A DNA stretch of 32,000 nt from Candidatus Nitrospira inopinata (lineage in GTDB: Bacteria; Nitrospirota; Nitrospiria; Nitrospirales; Nitrospiraceae): assembly GCF_001458695.1 (NCBI RefSeq), contig NZ_LN885086.1:1950001-1982000 (forward strand), in the 5' to 3' direction. This document shows, one piece after another, positions 31,014 to 32,000 of the stretch (positions within the stretch are counted from its first letter, which is position 1; every line of letters begins with the position of its first letter). The notes under the pieces are model-generated. The model had not been told where the DNA came from. It saw only the letters and a list, made by a program, of their open reading frames with translations, and did not search any database. The position numbers and the translations under genes were made by a program.

Positions 31014-32000
31014 ATGCACAGTCGCAGACGGGGTATCTTTGGCGCATTGCTGCTTATTAGTTTTTGGCCGACACTCGCGCCCTTGGCTCAATCCACCGAA
31101 CCGCCGACAGCGGTCCTGTTCGAGAACGTGCGGGTGTTCGACGGCAAGTCCGACCGGCTTTCCGCGCCGCAGAACGTGCTTGTCGTCGGCAACAAGATTC
31201 AGTCGATTTCGACCGGCGCGATCTCGCCGCCCGCCGGCTCGCGGCTGACGCGGATCGCCGGCGGCGGGCGCACGTTGATGCCGGGGCTGATTGACGCGCA
31301 CACGCACATCGTGATGTCGACGATTCCGCTGGAGTTGGCGATGACCGCCGATCCCAACTACGTGCAGCTACGCGCCGTGAAGGCCGCCGACGAAATGCTG
31401 ATGCGGGGCTTTACCGCCATTCGGGAGGTGGGCGGCAACAGCTTCGGTCTGAAGCGCGCCATCGACGAGGGCCACCTGCGCGGGCCGCGCATCTGGCCGT
31501 CGGGCGCGACCATCTCGCAGACCTCGGGCCACGGCGACTTCCGCTCCCCTTGGCACGACGTGCCGCGGGCCAGCGGTACCCTGCACTGGAGCGAGCGCGC
31601 CGGGCACACGGCCATCGCCGACGGCGTCGACGAGGTGACGCTCCGGGTGCGCGAGCAGCTGATGCGTGGCGCCAGCCACATCAAGCTGCATGCCGGCGGC
31701 GGAGTCTCGACCGATTTCGACCCACTCGACGTGACCCAGTATTTCGAGGCCGAGATCAATGCTGCTGTGCGCGCGGCCGAGAACTGGGGCACCTATGTCA
31801 CCGTGCACGCCTACACGCCGCGGGCGATCCAGGTAGCGGTGAACGCTGGCGTCAAGTCGCTTGAGCACGGCAACCTGATCGACGACGCCACCGCCAAGCT
31901 GCTGGCCGACAAGGGCGTGTGGTGGTGTCTGCAGCCGTTCCTCGACGATGAAGACGCGATTCCGTTTCCGGCCGGCTCGCCGAACCGCCGCAAGCAGTTG
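31014..32000 (+). CDS. Secreted amidohydrolase-family metallohydrolase (3'-truncated by the window end)
   Basis: This gene is not in the ORF track because it has no stop within the window. I translated it by hand from ATG 31014 (CAGGAG at 31001-31006). The signal peptide is MHSRRRGIFGALLLISFWPTLAPLAQS. Further motifs are TLMPGLIDAHTH (HxH metal site), HIKLHAGGGV and TVHAY. The frame stays open for 329 codons to position 32000, and G+C is very high. Confidence 0.85.
   Translation, partial: MHSRRRGIFGALLLISFWPTLAPLAQSTEPPTAVLFENVRVFDGKSDRLSAPQNVLVVGNKIQSISTGAISPPAGSRLTRIAGGGRTLMPGLIDAHTHIVMSTIPLELAMTADPNYVQLRAVKAADEMLMRGFTAIREVGGNSFGLKRAIDEGHLRGPRIWPSGATISQTSGHGDFRSPWHDVPRASGTLHWSERAGHTAIADGVDEVTLRVREQLMRGASHIKLHAGGGVSTDFDPLDVTQYFEAEINAAVRAAENWGTYVTVHAYTPRAIQVAVNAGVKSLEHGNLIDDATAKLLADKGVWWCLQPFLDDEDAIPFPAGSPNRRKQL

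Overview
The window looks like a chromosomal segment of a roughly 60-65% G+C Gram-negative bacterium. PEP-CTERM and HAF-repeat proteins imply an exosortase-bearing lineage. My phylum guess is Nitrospirota-like, held with low confidence. All calls come from reading the ORF translations and the DNA by eye, with no database search.

Most of the window is housekeeping: lon, a proA-like gene, a SAM methyltransferase, two Nudix genes, a short mutY with mutT and a PolB-like exonuclease, tandem miaB/mtaB, ampG, and a long class II RNR nrdJ. The nrdJ gene has a clear NrdR operator and DnaA boxes upstream.

Two regions are not ordinary:

1. 887-4139 is a tightly translationally coupled six-gene operon. 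I cannot assign its products to any characterised family. It encodes a small protein, two tandem paralogs, two further proteins that reuse the same 'helix + S/T-E-x-x-[ILV]-E-V strand' motif (one of them a coiled coil), and a terminal TPR protein.
2. 26063-30902 is a visibly lower-G+C island with no integrase. It carries an AbiJ-NTD/HEPN-like protein with a coiled-coil/zinc-ribbon partner, a vsr-dcm-Eco29kI-like (GIY-YIG) restriction-modification module, and an overlapping pair of a 64-aa protein and an SDH-family Clp-fold serine protease. A much higher-G+C amidohydrolase gene follows and runs off the window.

Other points of note:
- The ProA homolog lacks the catalytic cysteine.
- A 20-21 nt G-tract motif occurs in two divergent promoter regions.
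- A HAF/PEP-CTERM gene has decayed to a pseudogene.
- One PEP-CTERM protein has an unusual C-terminal extension.

I found no tRNA, rRNA, CRISPR array, transposase or integrase.
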